Below are positions 12,569 through 25,923 of a stretch of DNA of 64,000 nucleotides, in pieces. The translations under genes were made by a program, and so were the position numbers. Source of the stretch: Mobula hypostoma. Its lineage: Eukaryota. The stretch's first letter is position 1. The number at the start of each line of letters is the position of its first letter. Below the pieces are notes generated by a model. It worked only from the letters and a program-made list of their open reading frames with translations, had not been told where the DNA came from and ran no database searches. The DNA is taken from the NCBI RefSeq assembly GCF_963921235.1, contig NC_086097.1:58094001-58158000 (forward strand), read 5' to 3'.

Positions 12569-13555
12569 TGAAAGTTCAAAGTAAATTTATTATCAAAGAT
12601 ATACATGTCACAATATACAACCCTGAGATTCATTATCTTATGGGCATGCTCAGTAATTTGAAGTAACATAATAGAAACAGTGAAAGACCATACTCAACAG
12701 GTCAGTCAAACAACCAATATGCAAATATAAAAGAAAGAAAAAGAACTGATAATAATAAATAAATGAACAATAAATATCAAGAACATGAGATAAAGGGTCC
12801 TTGAAGGTAAGTGCATAGGTTGTGGGAACAGTTCAGTGATGGGGTGATTGAAGTTGAGTGAAGCTCTCCCCACTGGTTCAAGAGCCTGATGGTTGAGGGG
12901 TAATAACTATTCCTGAACCTGGTGCTGTGAGTCCTAAGGCTCCTGTACCTCCTTCCTGATGTCAACAGCAAGGAGAGAGCGTGGCCTGGGTGGTGCAGGT
13001 CCTTGATGATGGATGCTGTTTTCCTGTCTCAGTGCTCCATGTAGATGTGCTCAATAATGGTGAGGGCTTTACCGGTGATGGACTGGGCCATATCTACTAC
13101 ACTTTGTTGAATTTTCCATTCAGTGGCCTTGGTGTTTTCATACCAGTCCATGATGTAACCAGTAAGTATACTTTCTACCACACATCAATAGAAGTTTGTC
13201 AACATTTTCGATATCTTCATAAACGTCTAAGGGAGTAGAGGTTCTGCTGTGGTTTCTTCGTAATTGCACTTATGTGCTGGGCCCAGAACAGATAACGCTG
13301 AGGAATTTAAAGTTTCTGACCCTCTCCACCTCTGATCCCCAGTGAGGATTGGCTTATGGCCTCTCGTTTCCTCCTCCTGAAGTCAATAATCAGCTCCATG
13401 ACCTTGCTGACATTGAATAAGATGTCACCACTCAGCCAGATTTTCAATCTCCCTCCTATATGCTGATTATTCACCACCTATGATTCTGCCTATGACAGTG
13501 GTATCATCAGCAAAATTAAATATGGCATTGGAGCAGTGTCTAGCCTCACAGTCAC
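12569..13555 (-). mobile_element. Rex1/Babar LINE 3' fragment
   Basis: LLTSGRRYRSLRTHSTRFRNSYYPSTIRLLN C-terminal motif, and 3' tail gataataaatttactttgaacttt. Confidence 0.8.
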
Positions 13556-13772
13556 AAGCTCATATCATTCAGTAAGGTCTTGATTGCATTACTAATCTTG
13601 TCATTAGCTGGCGCTTTCAGAGCAGTGCAGATCTCAATCTAAAAGATGGGCATATCATTTTAGTACATTTTATTTGTGCATATTAAATATTTTTTTCCTT
13701 CCTTGCAGAGTAATTTCTGAAAGAGTTATCAGCTGACAGGTATCAGGCGCTTGCTGATGTTACTCTGAACGT

Positions 13773-13785
13773 GTTGCTAGGAGAC
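13773..13785. promoter_or_regulatory. RFX X-box-like motif GTTGCTAGGAGAC
   Basis: Matches the RFX consensus type, in non-repeat sequence, with ATTGG at 13793 and a TAGCAAC half-site at ~13828. Motif match only. Confidence 0.35.
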
Positions 13786-15992
13786 GCTTGAGATTGGTTT
13801 GTTTGCTTGTCTGTTCTCTCTCTGACTTAGCAACGATCATGTTTTTATGAATTGGCCTAGAGTGAGAACTTGATGCATATGTACCTGTAAATGAACATTT
13901 CTTCCTTGTTCCTCAGGCTGCAACATAGTGGTCTGTTGCAGTAGCAAGTTAAACATGTTTTGAAGAAGACTTCTACATTTCTACTGGTAAAATATGGTTA
14001 GTGCTTGTATATAATGAAACTTTTAAATTTATTACAACAATATACATATCAGTCCTGGTATTTATGTTACATATGGAATGAGAGGATGGAAAAATTGAAA
14101 TACACTTTAGATACCCTGGAATGAAATCCAGATTCTCCAAGGTGTAATTGGAAAATGTAAGCTGGAACCTTCTCTGTCGTCTTAAGGTTTTTGCCCTGTG
14201 CTGCAGCTACCTCCAGCTTGTTTATATTATCCCCACAGGTGGTATAAATTGTGAATTTCCACATACAAAGAGCATTAGCTATAGGATTGAATTTCACATG
14301 TATCAAGTTTTGCCAACTCTTGATGTTATTCTCAAGGCACCTCTGTTTCCTTCATTATGAAAATAGGGATTTCCTTCCTTTCTGTTTCCTCTCTTTTTCT
14401 GTTCTCTGGGGAGTCTCTGAAATGTGCTCACATTTCATCTAAAGAGAATCTCCCTTTCCAATTGGAAGTATAAACAAAGTTAGTCAGTAGGACTATGTGA
14501 ATTATTGTTTTCATTCTGTGTTCTGTTGCACTCAGTTCTTGGAACATTAATTTTGGAAGTAATACTTTCTTAAAAATGTCAATAAAATACGTTAACTGTG
14601 AAAACATTTCTGTTAAGTTAAATAGGTTTAGGTATAGTTTTTCATAAATTCTGTTGTATTTCTTTATGTTCCTCTAAATGTCTGCAAGAAAATGAATCTC
14701 AAGGTAGTACATGGTAACAATATACATACATTGATCATAAGTTTACTTCAACTTTGACTTTGAAATCAAGTGGAATATGAGGTACATTAATCTTTGATTT
14801 CCAGTCAGTTTAAATATCATAACCAAGTGAAGGCTTTTGGTGAAAACAATGATTTTTAGAAATTGCATTTTTAATCTGCCTTTTGCATTTGCTTGATGTA
14901 TTATCATTTTAATTTGCAGGTTTGTATACAAATGCAGAGTTTTACTTCACTAATTTAGTTTGGGAGTAAAATTCTTTTCTCCTTTCCTCTTACTTTCACT
15001 AAATGTAGGCTTGAGCCTCAGGCCCAATCTTACCAACGTTTTCTGGATGTACAGTACTGCTCTCGATCCTGAGGTCAAGGAGTTGATTGTGGGTCATTTC
15101 TGTCTCATGGAAGGGCTAGTTTTCCATCAGCACCTGACCACCAGCCTTTGCTGAGTTCAGACTCTCACTCTGTGGAGAATATCAGGGGATAGTTTGACCT
15201 CTGCCTTTCTTACCAACTCACAATGTGGGGAAATCACACAGTGATCAGTTCTCAAGGACTATTGAAAACTACATATGCTTTAGATTTTAAAGGAAGATAT
15301 TTAATAGCTTGATTTTAAAAGATGAACTATATTAATAGTGGTAAGATATTTATTTAGAAAGGATTCATCAACAGTATTTTTAAGCTATTGTCTTTCAAAA
15401 AACTGCCCGTATTTAATGATAATGAATGAACACATCTCAAACAGCTAACAAGCTAGATGGATAACGTAACCTTTGTGTCAGCTATGGCTCAGTTAGTAAG
15501 TCCTTATTCCTGAACAGGAGACTGTAGGTGGTGTGTCTCAGTATTAGAAGCGATGTCTTTGAAGTGAATCATCAAACCGCTATCTCAGGTGGATTTGAAA
15601 GGTTCCAGAGAACTACTTTGAAGCTGAGCAGGGGAGGTATCCTTTCCCTCAGGCCAATGTTTATCGCTGAAGAGTCTATTAAACACAAACCAAAACCACT
15701 TCATGTATAAAAGTCAGAAAATATCAACAGATAACGCACACAGAATGCTGGAGGAACTCAGCAGGAAATCCTCCTTCAGGACTCAAATATCAAAACTTTC
15801 AGAAGGCATTCATGGCAATGATTCAATTCAAGGACATCTCTTTTCAGCTGGAAAAGAAAGAAAATAATGTTCTGTAGATTGGGTATAGCCCAAAGTTATC
15901 AAGCTAACAATTCCCTTAAAAACTGGCAGCTTAGAGACAGAAGTGGAAGTAAATTAAAGATTAGCTATAGTTTCATGCTCAGAAGTCTAGAC

Positions 15993-16206
15993 CAGTGGTC
16001 CCCAACCACCGGGCTGCAAAGCATGTGCTACCGGGCCGCGAGGAAACAATATGATTTGGCGATATGAAACAATATGAGTCAGCTGCACCTTTCCTCATTC
16101 CGTCACGCACTGTTGAACTTGAACACCCCCCCCCCCATCGGCCGGTCCGCAAGAATATTGTCAATATTAAACCGGTCCGCGGTGCAAAAACGGTTGGGGA
16201 CCCCTG
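15993..16206. mobile_element. hAT (Buster/Charlie) MITE, 214 bp
   Basis: TIRs CAGTGGTCCCCAACC / GGTTGGGGACCCCTG and a perfect 8-bp TSD GTCTAGAC. Both ends match the element at 28530-30506. Confidence 0.95.
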
Positions 16207-17949
16207 GTCTAGACCATATTAGTAGCAGGCATTAAAGTTTCAACTTTTATGTTGCCAATACATAGTTTGTACTAATACAGCATCAGGTTCAGATTCAGAT
16301 TGATTCATTGCACGTATATCAAAACATATACAGTGAAATACGTTGTTTGTGTTAACAACCAGTATAACTAAGGATGTGCTGGGGGCAGCCTGCAAGTGCT
16401 GCCACACATTCCGGTGCCAACACAGCATGCCCACAGAGCTCACCAGAACGACACAGAACACAAACTATTTCCTTTCCCTTCTCCCATCCTCCCTCCCTCC
16501 CACCCACACACACACACACACACACAAACAGTCCTCCAACTCCAGGTCAGCCCTACTGGCCTCCCAGCCTCCAGACTCCAGCCTTTGGCCATTGGACTAT
16601 GACTTCCAGACTTCCAATCAACCTTCAGGCTTCATTCTCCAGATTAGACCTTGGATGAGCTGATGACAGGACCACAAACTCCAGACTCAAATTCTGAGCG
16701 TGATGCCTGAGCGGGCCTGATGCCTCTCTATGCAGGCTGCTCACACACCTGGAACATCCTGACATCATGTCCCTCTTCAACCACCTACATCACTGGCTTT
16801 TGAGCACCAACTGGAGGTGTGAACTCCGGATGGCTTTTGTCCCGCGTCCAACTTGCTGGCATTTCAAGGCACAGAGCAGAGGCCTGACCTCCACATCCCT
16901 GTCCCTGAACCCTAATCTGACATTTTACTCCCCACTTCACTGTCCATAATCCCTGACTCCCCTCTTTATCCTCAAAACCATCCCCATGAACCATCATCAA
17001 ATATGTTTACAGATTGTTTACTGAGTTTACAGATTGTAATGCTATGGATTTTAGTGGCTACTCTCGATCCACAGCCCAACTTTCACCTACAGATTTGTTA
17101 CAAGTTTGTCCCATTTATCAAAATCAATTAGTTCTAATTCATTTGCCTGTGTTGTGTGAGAGAGATTTAATTTATTTCAATGTTTAATAGTTCGTGTATT
17201 TTTATATTTTGATGTCAGATTGTTTTATGCAAGTTTGTGAGATTTTCAAAGAGATTCAAAACACAACCTGGCACCTGGTCTGCCTAGCAGAGGTGGGGCC
17301 TCACACGGGCGTCAATGTCATTCTTGGGAAAGAGACAATTATGATGACCCCTGTCAAATAGCTGGAAGTCTGCCTTCTGAATGAAGACTTTTTCTTCCAG
17401 TATGTCCCTGGGCAAAATGTGCTCCAAAATCAGACAACTGGTGAATTCTTTGGTGAGATTTAGAGAAAGGCTCAACACTATATATTCCCTTCCCTAAGGC
17501 CAAGTGGCTATTGCTGAGGAATTGGTTGTTAGATATAACGGCTGACCACTTTGTAAGTTTTACAGATCAGAGGGCCATCTGGTTTTGTCTGATAAACTTG
17601 ACTGAATCATTTACAGAGGTTCTTAAAGTGGAAGAGAGGGAATACCAACCATATTACTTATGTGGGCTTCCAAGGGGATGTGATAAAGTTATTTGTAAGA
17701 GATTATTTGCTGCATTTAAAACTCAAACAATTGAAGGCTGAGTGTGAGAATGCAGAGGGATAGGCAGGAGGTGCTTAGATTAGGAGAATGTGACAAATGA
17801 TATCATAGAGTTGTACAACTCAGAACTGAGTCTCTTGCCCACCATGAGCATGCTGACCACTGGGTACCGCTCTACATTAACCACATTTACCAGCACTTGG
17901 TCTGTAGCCTTACTTGTGTTGGCAATTCAAGTACATGTGCTCAGTCAGG

Positions 17950-18480
17950 TACTTGCCTTCCAGGAATAGGTATGAGGGCCACAAATGTACGTTGTGTTTA
18001 TTAGCAGCTTAGATGATGTCCGAGTCTGAGTCTGCTGATGGTATAAGATGGGTAGCATTATAAACTATGTAGACTGAAAAATTAAGTTGCAGAGAAATAT
18101 CAGATTAAACAACTGGGCAATCTATGCCAAGTGGATCTCAATGGAGGTAAACATAAGGTTACTTACTTTCAATCTGAAAGGATAGAACAGAATACTTTCC
18201 AATTAATCAGTAACTAGGAGAATAAAAATCTATGGAAATTCAGATCATTAAAATGTCAAGGTTAATACAGGGTAAAAAAAGACAGGCTGATAGAATGGTG
18301 TATTTTATATTTAGAAATTGATAATGCAAGAAGCTGAATTTATGACGCAGCTATACAAAGATGTGCTTTGATAACCTGTGAATAGTCTGTATTGAGTTTG
18401 GTCACAGGTTAACCACACTGAATGGAGAGTGATTAAATTGAACATAGGACCGTATAGGAAAAGGCTTGCGGCCCACAATA
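17950..18480 (+). mobile_element. Highly decayed CR1 RT fragment
   Basis: Residual tgctgatg (FADD region) and gagtttggtcac (QFWSP region) similarity to the CR1 at 31947. Confidence 0.4.
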
Positions 18481-18934
18481 TCTTAATTAGTAAAATTGTG
18501 ATCTTAAATGAGGCAAAGGACAAAATGTTGGAGAAATTCAGCAGGCCGAACGGTATCTGTGAAGGAAATTGACAATCAGTTTTGACCTGAGAAAACAGCT
18601 CTCCATTTCCCTCTATAGCCGCTGCTTGGCTCATTGACTTCCTCCAGCACTTTCTTTTTTGATTGAGGTATTGAACATTCAACAGAGGATGTACTAGTGC
18701 AGCAATGGTTTTGATAACATCAGAAGTATTGCACACAATGACCACAATTCTGTTTATTTTAAAGTGGTGATGGGAAAAGATAGGATCAGTAATAATCTTA
18801 AATTGGGTAAAGCCAATTTATTACCATAAAGGAGGACATGGCAATGGTAGATTATGAGTATCTATCCATGGATAACTAGATTCTTTACATGAACATGTTT
18901 GCCCTGAACTTTAGCTATTTCTTAAACACTAAAG

Positions 18935-19830
18935 CTCCTGCAGATGCTGGAAATCCAGAGCAACACACACAAAATGCTAGATGAACTCAGCAGGTCAGCC
19001 AGCATCTATGAAAATGAAGAAAAAGTCAATTACTTCAGGCCATGACCCTTCATCGGGACTGGAAATGAAGAGGGAAGAGCCAGCATAAAAAAGTGAATGG
19101 AGGGAAGGAGGACAAACTGATAGGTGATAGGTGAAGCCAGGGGAAGGGGAAAGGTAAAGGGCTGTAGAAGAAGGAATCAGATTGAAGAGAGAGTGGACCA
19201 TGGGAGAAAGGGAAAAAGGAGAGGCACCGGGATGAGGAGATAGACAGGTGAGCAGAAGAGGTAAGAGGCTGGAGTGGGGAACAGAAGAAGAGGGAAGAGA
19301 AAAGGGGAAAAAAAGAAGAGAAAACAAAGTTTACTGGAAGGAGAAATCAGTATTCGTGACATCAGGTTGGAAACTACCTAGAGGGTGGCCTCATTGTGGC
19401 AGGAGAGGAGGCCATGAACTGACATGTTGGAACAAGAATGGGAATCAGAATTAAAATGGCTGACCACCGTGAAATTCCACTTTTGGTGGATGGAGTGGAG
19501 TTTCTCGACAAAGCGGTCCCCCAATTTGCATTGCATCTCGCTAACGTAGAGCAGACTGCAATGCAATGGCAGATACAATAGACAACCCCAACAGATTCAC
19601 AGGTGAAGTGTTGCCTTACCTGGAAGAATTGTTTGGGGCCCTGAATGAAAGTGAGAGAGGAGGTGAATGGGCAGGTGTATCATTTCTCTTGCTTGCTGAG
19701 GTATGTGCCAGTTGGGAGATTTGTGAGGAGGGACGAAGGAAGTATGGAGGGAGCGATCCCTGTGGAAAACGGAAAGTCGGGGGTAGTGGGGGAGTAAAGA
19801 TGTATTTGGTGGTAGGATCCTGCTGATTTC
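18935..19830 (-). mobile_element. Decayed Penelope-like element 3' part (GIY-YIG endonuclease plus terminus)
   Basis: LLYVSE...LGDRFVEKLHSI...VVSHFNSDSHS...GLL...EATL is homologous to ORF 25924-27102. The terminus carries a mutated hammerhead at ~19025-19060. Confidence 0.85.
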
Positions 19831-19849
19831 TTGAATGCTTCCCACTACA

Positions 19850-20667
19850 ATTTATTTCAATAGGTAGATATAATATCAGAGAAATGTATACAATATACGT
19901 TCTGAAATTCTTTTTCTTTGCAAACATCCATGAAAACAGAGGAGTGCCCCAAAAAAATGAATGATGGTTAAATGTTGGAACCCCAAAGTCCCCCCCCCAG
20001 CTCTCCCCTCCCACGCACAGGCAGCAGCAAAGCAATGAACCCCACCCCCAACCCCACCAGCAAAAAAGCATCAGTGCCCCCCCACTGAGCACTCAAATGT
20101 GCAGCAAGCATCAATAAAGACACAGTCTTGCAGTACCCCAAAGAATACCCAATAATTTGACATACCACAGGCTCTCTTTCTCTCTCTCCCTAATAAGGGA
20201 AAAAGAGGTGTCCCCCATTGCACAGCAAGAGGGGAGCTATAACAAACAACTCACTGATTTACGATGTTAAAAATCTGTTGCATCACTTTTTCCAAGCTCT
20301 GCACCCAGAGATTTGGCCCCAGAAAGGCACAGTTCTCTGGTCATGCAACTAACCTGCTGTTCCTGATGTTTCATGTTCTCCCACGACACTTCACTCAGGG
20401 GTACCAGCCTAGAATCAGCACATCTCCAGAGCCATGAAGGCACACTAGTCTTTCAGGCCATGTCCTTGAGATATCCAAAAGTGGCCGGTCATGAGGCCCT
20501 GAGAGTGGGTCCCATTCCCACAAAAAACTGAAGTCAGAGTATAACTCCAGGTCAGGGTCTTCAAAAGACCTTTGAAAAGGTAAAAAAGAGATATCAAAGA
20601 TAGAAGTAGAGCTGTTTCCGAAGATGCAAGCAAAGGAATCACTGTTTAGCACCATCATAACTTCGCT
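19850..20667 (-). mobile_element. Non-autonomous retroposon with a Rex1-like 3' tail (family unassigned)
   Basis: The minus-strand end gaatttcagaacgtatattgtatacatttctctgatatt resembles Rex tails in this window. No RT motifs. Confidence 0.4.
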
Positions 20668-22805
20668 GGACAGAAAATTAAAAAGAAATCATATAACAGG
20701 TTTAGGAACCAATGGCAGGAAAGCCTGTCCAGGGTATAACAAGTGTAAAGAGGTGCTTAAAAAACAAAATTAAGGAGACAGAGGGGTCATGAGAAACCAC
20801 AGGATTAAGGCTAATCCAAAGGCATTCCATAAGTATGTTAGGGGTGAACAATGGATCTATGAGCAGGACAATTTCTATTGCTTTCTATTGCTAGAAAGGA
20901 GGTGGAAGTGGGATTGCAGAACTTTGAAGCTTGAGACAATATGGCGAAGATCTCCCAAGGCAATGAGCTCGGTAACAAAGAGTCACAGGACAGACCACAG
21001 ATGAGAAAGATCTCAATCTGCACATGGGAAGGGTTCAGATGAAATGTCTCAGCCCGATATATTGACTATCCATTTCCCTCCACAGATGTTGTCTGACTTG
21101 CTGAGTTTCTCTAACATTTAGTGTGTGGAGCTTGGTATCAATAAGGGGTGAGATGGCCCAATGTTTAGTGCTGAAGTCATCATCTAGTGAGAAGTATGAA
21201 GCTGTGTCTGTGAATTACCACTAAACTTCGAAAAAGGAAGAGTCCATTTCAGCAAGTCAGAATACCCTTTATCTTGTGCAAGCAATAGAGAAGATCTCTC
21301 ATGGGAAGCCCATTTGTTAACCCCATTGATGCGGCTCGATCCATGGAGTTCCTCTGGCAGATTGCTTGTTGTTCCAATTACTTTCACCTTAATGTTGCAC
21401 CATCTGCAACTCGACACATTTGAAAGAACATTTGTGAACATGAATTGTGACGATACAAGAGGTAATGTAAATGGAGAATAAAATGGATGAAAACTGAAAC
21501 ATTTGAAATGTTTCTGAACAGTAGCAGGAAGTTTTGTCTGTATGAGCAATGCTAACCTAATTGAGCTGGTTTAATTAGTAGTATGCTTGACGAAAGGAAT
21601 TAAGTTCCATTCAGGAAGTGTTACAACTTAATACAATTATGTTAGGAAAGAACTTCACCCAAGCACCAACGAAATATGTTTTTCATGAGATCTTGTACAT
21701 AAGATGTATCTGTGCTTTCTACAAAATGGACAAAATTACTTTTCAATGTCTACCAAATGCATTGCGAGGTTTCTGAAATCTAAGGGAAAAGTGATAAAGA
21801 TGCTGTTAAATTTTACGGTAAAGATTATGAAACTCTTTGAGGGGGAGAAAATTAAAGTTAGCTGGCAACATCTGTTTCTAACCGATTCAGTAAAACTGTG
21901 CCCAGACACTGGAACGCACTACCTCCTCCTCCAAGCACACAATGACACCTATCTTAATAGGTGGTCTCATTGGTCCAGTCAGATGTTTGGGGCACAGAAG
22001 GAGTGGGACATTTCCTGAGCCAAAATGGAAAACAGATTTATAAATTAAGTGCAGAAATGTGATTTATGTGTGCTTGACACTTCAATTCTTTCAACTCTTT
22101 GCACAGGTCACACACCATTTGCTTAATAAATCTAATTGACTGGTCTGGCATGTGTTTATTTAATCTATTAATACAATGTATATAAAATTTGAAAGATGCC
22201 TCTCTTTCAATAAGAGCATACTGATACCATTAGTGCCCCTGCCAGTCTACGTGAAACTTCAAAACAGCAACCACTTTTCCACAGCACCATTGTTATATCA
22301 TGGCATGCACATATCAAAATGAGCTCTTTTGAACAGACAGCTGAAAAAGTTCAGCTGATCTTTTACAGCCTCGGGGTAAAACTGAAATTCAATCTAATGT
22401 TTTTGGGAGAATGGAGTAGGACAGGAAATCATGATAGGAAGGAGAAAAAGAACTTTCAATCCATTACTATAGAATCTTATACTGAAAATCACAAGCGATA
22501 GGAAATTGGTAAATGTTGTTTCCTCATGAGTGTTGAGGTTGTAACACTCCCTTTCCTGATGATTTTAAACAGCCTTGAGCTACACTGCGTCTGCGTGTTT
22601 TATCAGAAGGACTGGGAAACAATGGCATTTGTGTACTTAAGAGTTGCTGCCAATGAAATGTTATTGTGATTCTTGTACTTGGTTGGTCGATTTATCCAGG
22701 AGCTAGACAGGGTTCTTTCAAACAATAAAATTACTGGACCAGTTTACTGAACATGATACTGGCTTTCACAGTTGATGCTAATGTTCATCAGTCATTTCAC
22801 ACATA

Positions 22806-24432
22806 CAGTGCCTATAAAAAGCATTCACACCGCGCCCCCCCCCACCCCCGGAAGTTGTCATGTTTTACTGTTTTACAACATTGAGTCACAATGGATTTAA
22901 TTTGGCTTTTTTAACACTGATCAACAGGAAAACTCTTTCATGTCAAAATAAAACAGATCTCTGCAAAGTGATCTAAATTAATTACAAATATAAAACACAA
23001 ATTAATTGATTGTATAAGCATTCACCCCCTCTCCCACCAAATCAACACTGGTGCAGCCAACTGGTTTTAGAAGTCACATAATTAGTTAAGGAATCCTAGC
23101 CATATCTAAACCAGTGTGCAGTCAAGGTGATACAATTGATTATAGCAAAAATATGCCTGTATCTGGAAGGCCTAACTGTTGGTCAGTCAGTGTCCTGGCA
23201 AAAACTACACCATGAAGACAAAAGAACACTCCAAGCAACTCCACAAAAGGGTTATTGAAAAGGATAAGTCGGGAGATGGATAGAAGAAAATTTCTAAGTC
23301 TGAATATCCCTTGGTGTACAGTTGTCAATCATCAAGAAATGGATAAAATATGGTACAGCTGTAAAACTGCCTAGAGCAGGCCGTCCTCAAAAAACTGAGC
23401 GACCGTGCAAGAAGGGGACTAGTGAGGGAGGCCACCAAGAGACCTATGACAACTCTGGAGGAGTTACAAGCTTCGGTGGCTGAGATGGGAAACACTGCCC
23501 AAACAACAACTGTTTCTTGTTTGTGATTGGAATACAACAGTTTTGCCCAAATGCTTCACCAGTCACAGCTTTATAGGAGAGCGACAAAGAGAAACCCACT
23601 GTTGAAAAAATGCACATGAAATCTTGGCTAGAGTTTGCCAGAAAGCATGTGGGAGACTCTGAAGTCAGCTGGAAGAAGGTTCCATAGACTGATGAAACAA
23701 CAATTGAGCTTTTTGGTCCTCAGGCTAAATGCTATGTCTGGCGTAAGCTGAACACAGTACATCATCAAAAACACACCATCCCTACCGTGAAGCATGGTGG
23801 TGGCTACGTCATATTGAGGGGATGCTTCACTGCAGCAGGCCCTGGAAGGCTTGTGAAGGTAGATGGTAAAATGAATACAGCAAAATACAGGGAAATCCTG
23901 GAGAAAACCTAATGTAGTCTGCAAGAGAGAACTGTAACTTGGGAGAAGCTTTGTTTTCCAGCAAGACAATGACCCCAAGCATAAAGTTAAAGCTACACAG
24001 GAATGGCTTAAAAACAACAAAGTTATGTCCTGGAGAGGCCAAGTCAGAGTCCAGACCTCAATCCAATTGAGAATTTGTAGCTGAACTCGAAAAAGCTGTT
24101 CACTCTCGATCCCCATGCAATCTGACAGAGCTTGAGCAGTTTTGTAAAAAAGAATATGGAAAAAATGGAGTGTCCAAATGTGCAAAGCTGATAAAGACCT
24201 ACCCACAGAGACTCAAAGCTATACTTGCTGCCAAAGATGCATCTACTTAATACCGATTTGAGGGGGTGAATACTAATGTAATCAATTATTTTGTGTTTTA
24301 TATTTGTAATTAATTTAGATCACTTTGTAGAGATCTGTTTTCACTTTGACATTAAGTCCTCTGTCATTTAATGTTGTAAAACAATAAAACATGAAAACTT
24401 CCAAAGGGGCTGAATACTTTTTATAGGCACTG
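22806..24432 (+). mobile_element. Full-length Tc1 (DD34E, IR/DR type) with a pseudogenised transposase (~23212-24256)
   Basis: TA|CAGTGCCTATAAAAAG...CTTTTTATAGGCACTG|TA. Long TIRs (~225 bp left, ~173 bp right) with internal direct repeats. Motifs MKTKE, TDET, QDNDPKH and [12 protein letters not shown] spacing is 34 once one deleted base is restored. Confidence 0.95.
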
Positions 24433-25592
24433 TAACTATATTAAATACTATACATATATAACCTTGATGATTCTGAAAATGGATTTTTATTCTGGGGTAG
24501 AAAAACATTTACTCAGTCCTTTGAAATATCTGATATTTACAATGGTCAGTTTCCGTTGGCATTCCCTTGGGAATGGGGAAAGATTGAGTGATTATGATCC
24601 ATAGTTAAGTTCCTTTGAAAGTTGTTGCCTTCTTCATGCCACAATGGACACAGCTACTTCAATCCACTTTTCTAGCTGAATAGTAGCTAGCATATTAAGA
24701 GTTAACCTGGATGGTGTCTTAAATTCCAGCAGTCTGAAGCAAGAATAATATATAGTTGAAAATTGAAGCTTTTACAGTCCCTGGGCTGTTTTGCTTGCTT
24801 CTTACACGTTAGCATGTCAAATGACACATGATACCTTAAGGAGCTGTTATGTTTGCTCTATTTAAAGTGGGGCTTCACACCACTAAAAAATTCTTTGATA
24901 AATATCATAAAGTTGAAATTCTGGTGAAGGTAGCTGGAAAAGTACGGCAAAAATGAAGAAGAGTAGATCGTAGCTTTTTCTGGCATTGCATATTTTAAGC
25001 AACTGTACTTTTGTGTTTAGACTTCTGCTGGATAGGTATTACTAATATTTACAAAGGATCTGTAACTGTCTAAGAATATGTTACTAAAAAAGACAAATCA
25101 GCTGCTGTAGTTTGATTTGTTCAAAAGAAACCAGACTCAGTTTAGTAATACAGGTGACACCCAGGTATTTCTGTCTGCAGGGACATAAATAAAATTTGCT
25201 ACTATTTCTTGTTACGTTCCACAGAGCAGGTGAGTCCAAACTGAAGGCCAAACAATTGCCTGTCGAGGCTGAAGTGAGTGCACCAGTTCCACCACCTGTA
25301 TGTATGTGACAATTCCACAGCTGAGACTGTCTTGACTAAACTAGCCTCTGCCCCACAAGAGGCAGAACTGGCTCTCATGGACTTCTAATATTTCCTAAAT
25401 CCCTAAATCCAGAAGGGGTCGATATTTTAATTGATATAATTGATAGGCCTGTCTGAGTAATAAGAAAAATTAAAACAATTTCAATTATTAATCAAGGCAA
25501 TTTAATAGACTGTAAATTAGATAAATGTAATCAACATACATCAAAGTTGCTGGTGAACGCAGCAGGCCAAGCAGCATCTGTAGGAAGAGGTG

Positions 25593-25630
25593 CAGTCGAC
25601 GTTTCAGGCCGAAACCCTTCGTCAGGACCA
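25593..25630 (-). ncRNA. Minimal type I hammerhead ribozyme motif
   Basis: Minus strand TGGTC CTGACGA AGGGTTTCGGCCT GAAA CG TC GACTG: CUGANGA and GAAA cores, GUC cleavage triplet, palindromic ACGT stem III. Confidence 0.8.
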
Positions 25631-25923
25631 ACTGAAGGAAGAGTGAGTAAGGGATTAGAAAGTTGGAGGGGGAGGGGGAGATGCAAAATGATAGGAGAAG
25701 ACAGGAGGGGGAGGGATAGAGCCGAGAGCTGGATAGGTGATAGGCAAAAGGGGATACGAGAGGATCATGGGACAGGAGGTCCGGGAAGAAAGACAAGGGG
25801 GGGGTGACCCAGAGGATGGGCAAGAGGTATATTCAGAGGGACAGAGGGAGAAAAAGGAGAGTGAGAGAAAGAATGTGTGCATGAAAATGAGTAACAGATG
25901 GGGTACGAGGGGGAGGTGGGGTC

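Noticed and set aside
13773-13797. MHC class II S-X-Y promoter module
   Set aside because: The CCTAGCAAC X-box is on the minus strand and has no correctly placed downstream Y-box.
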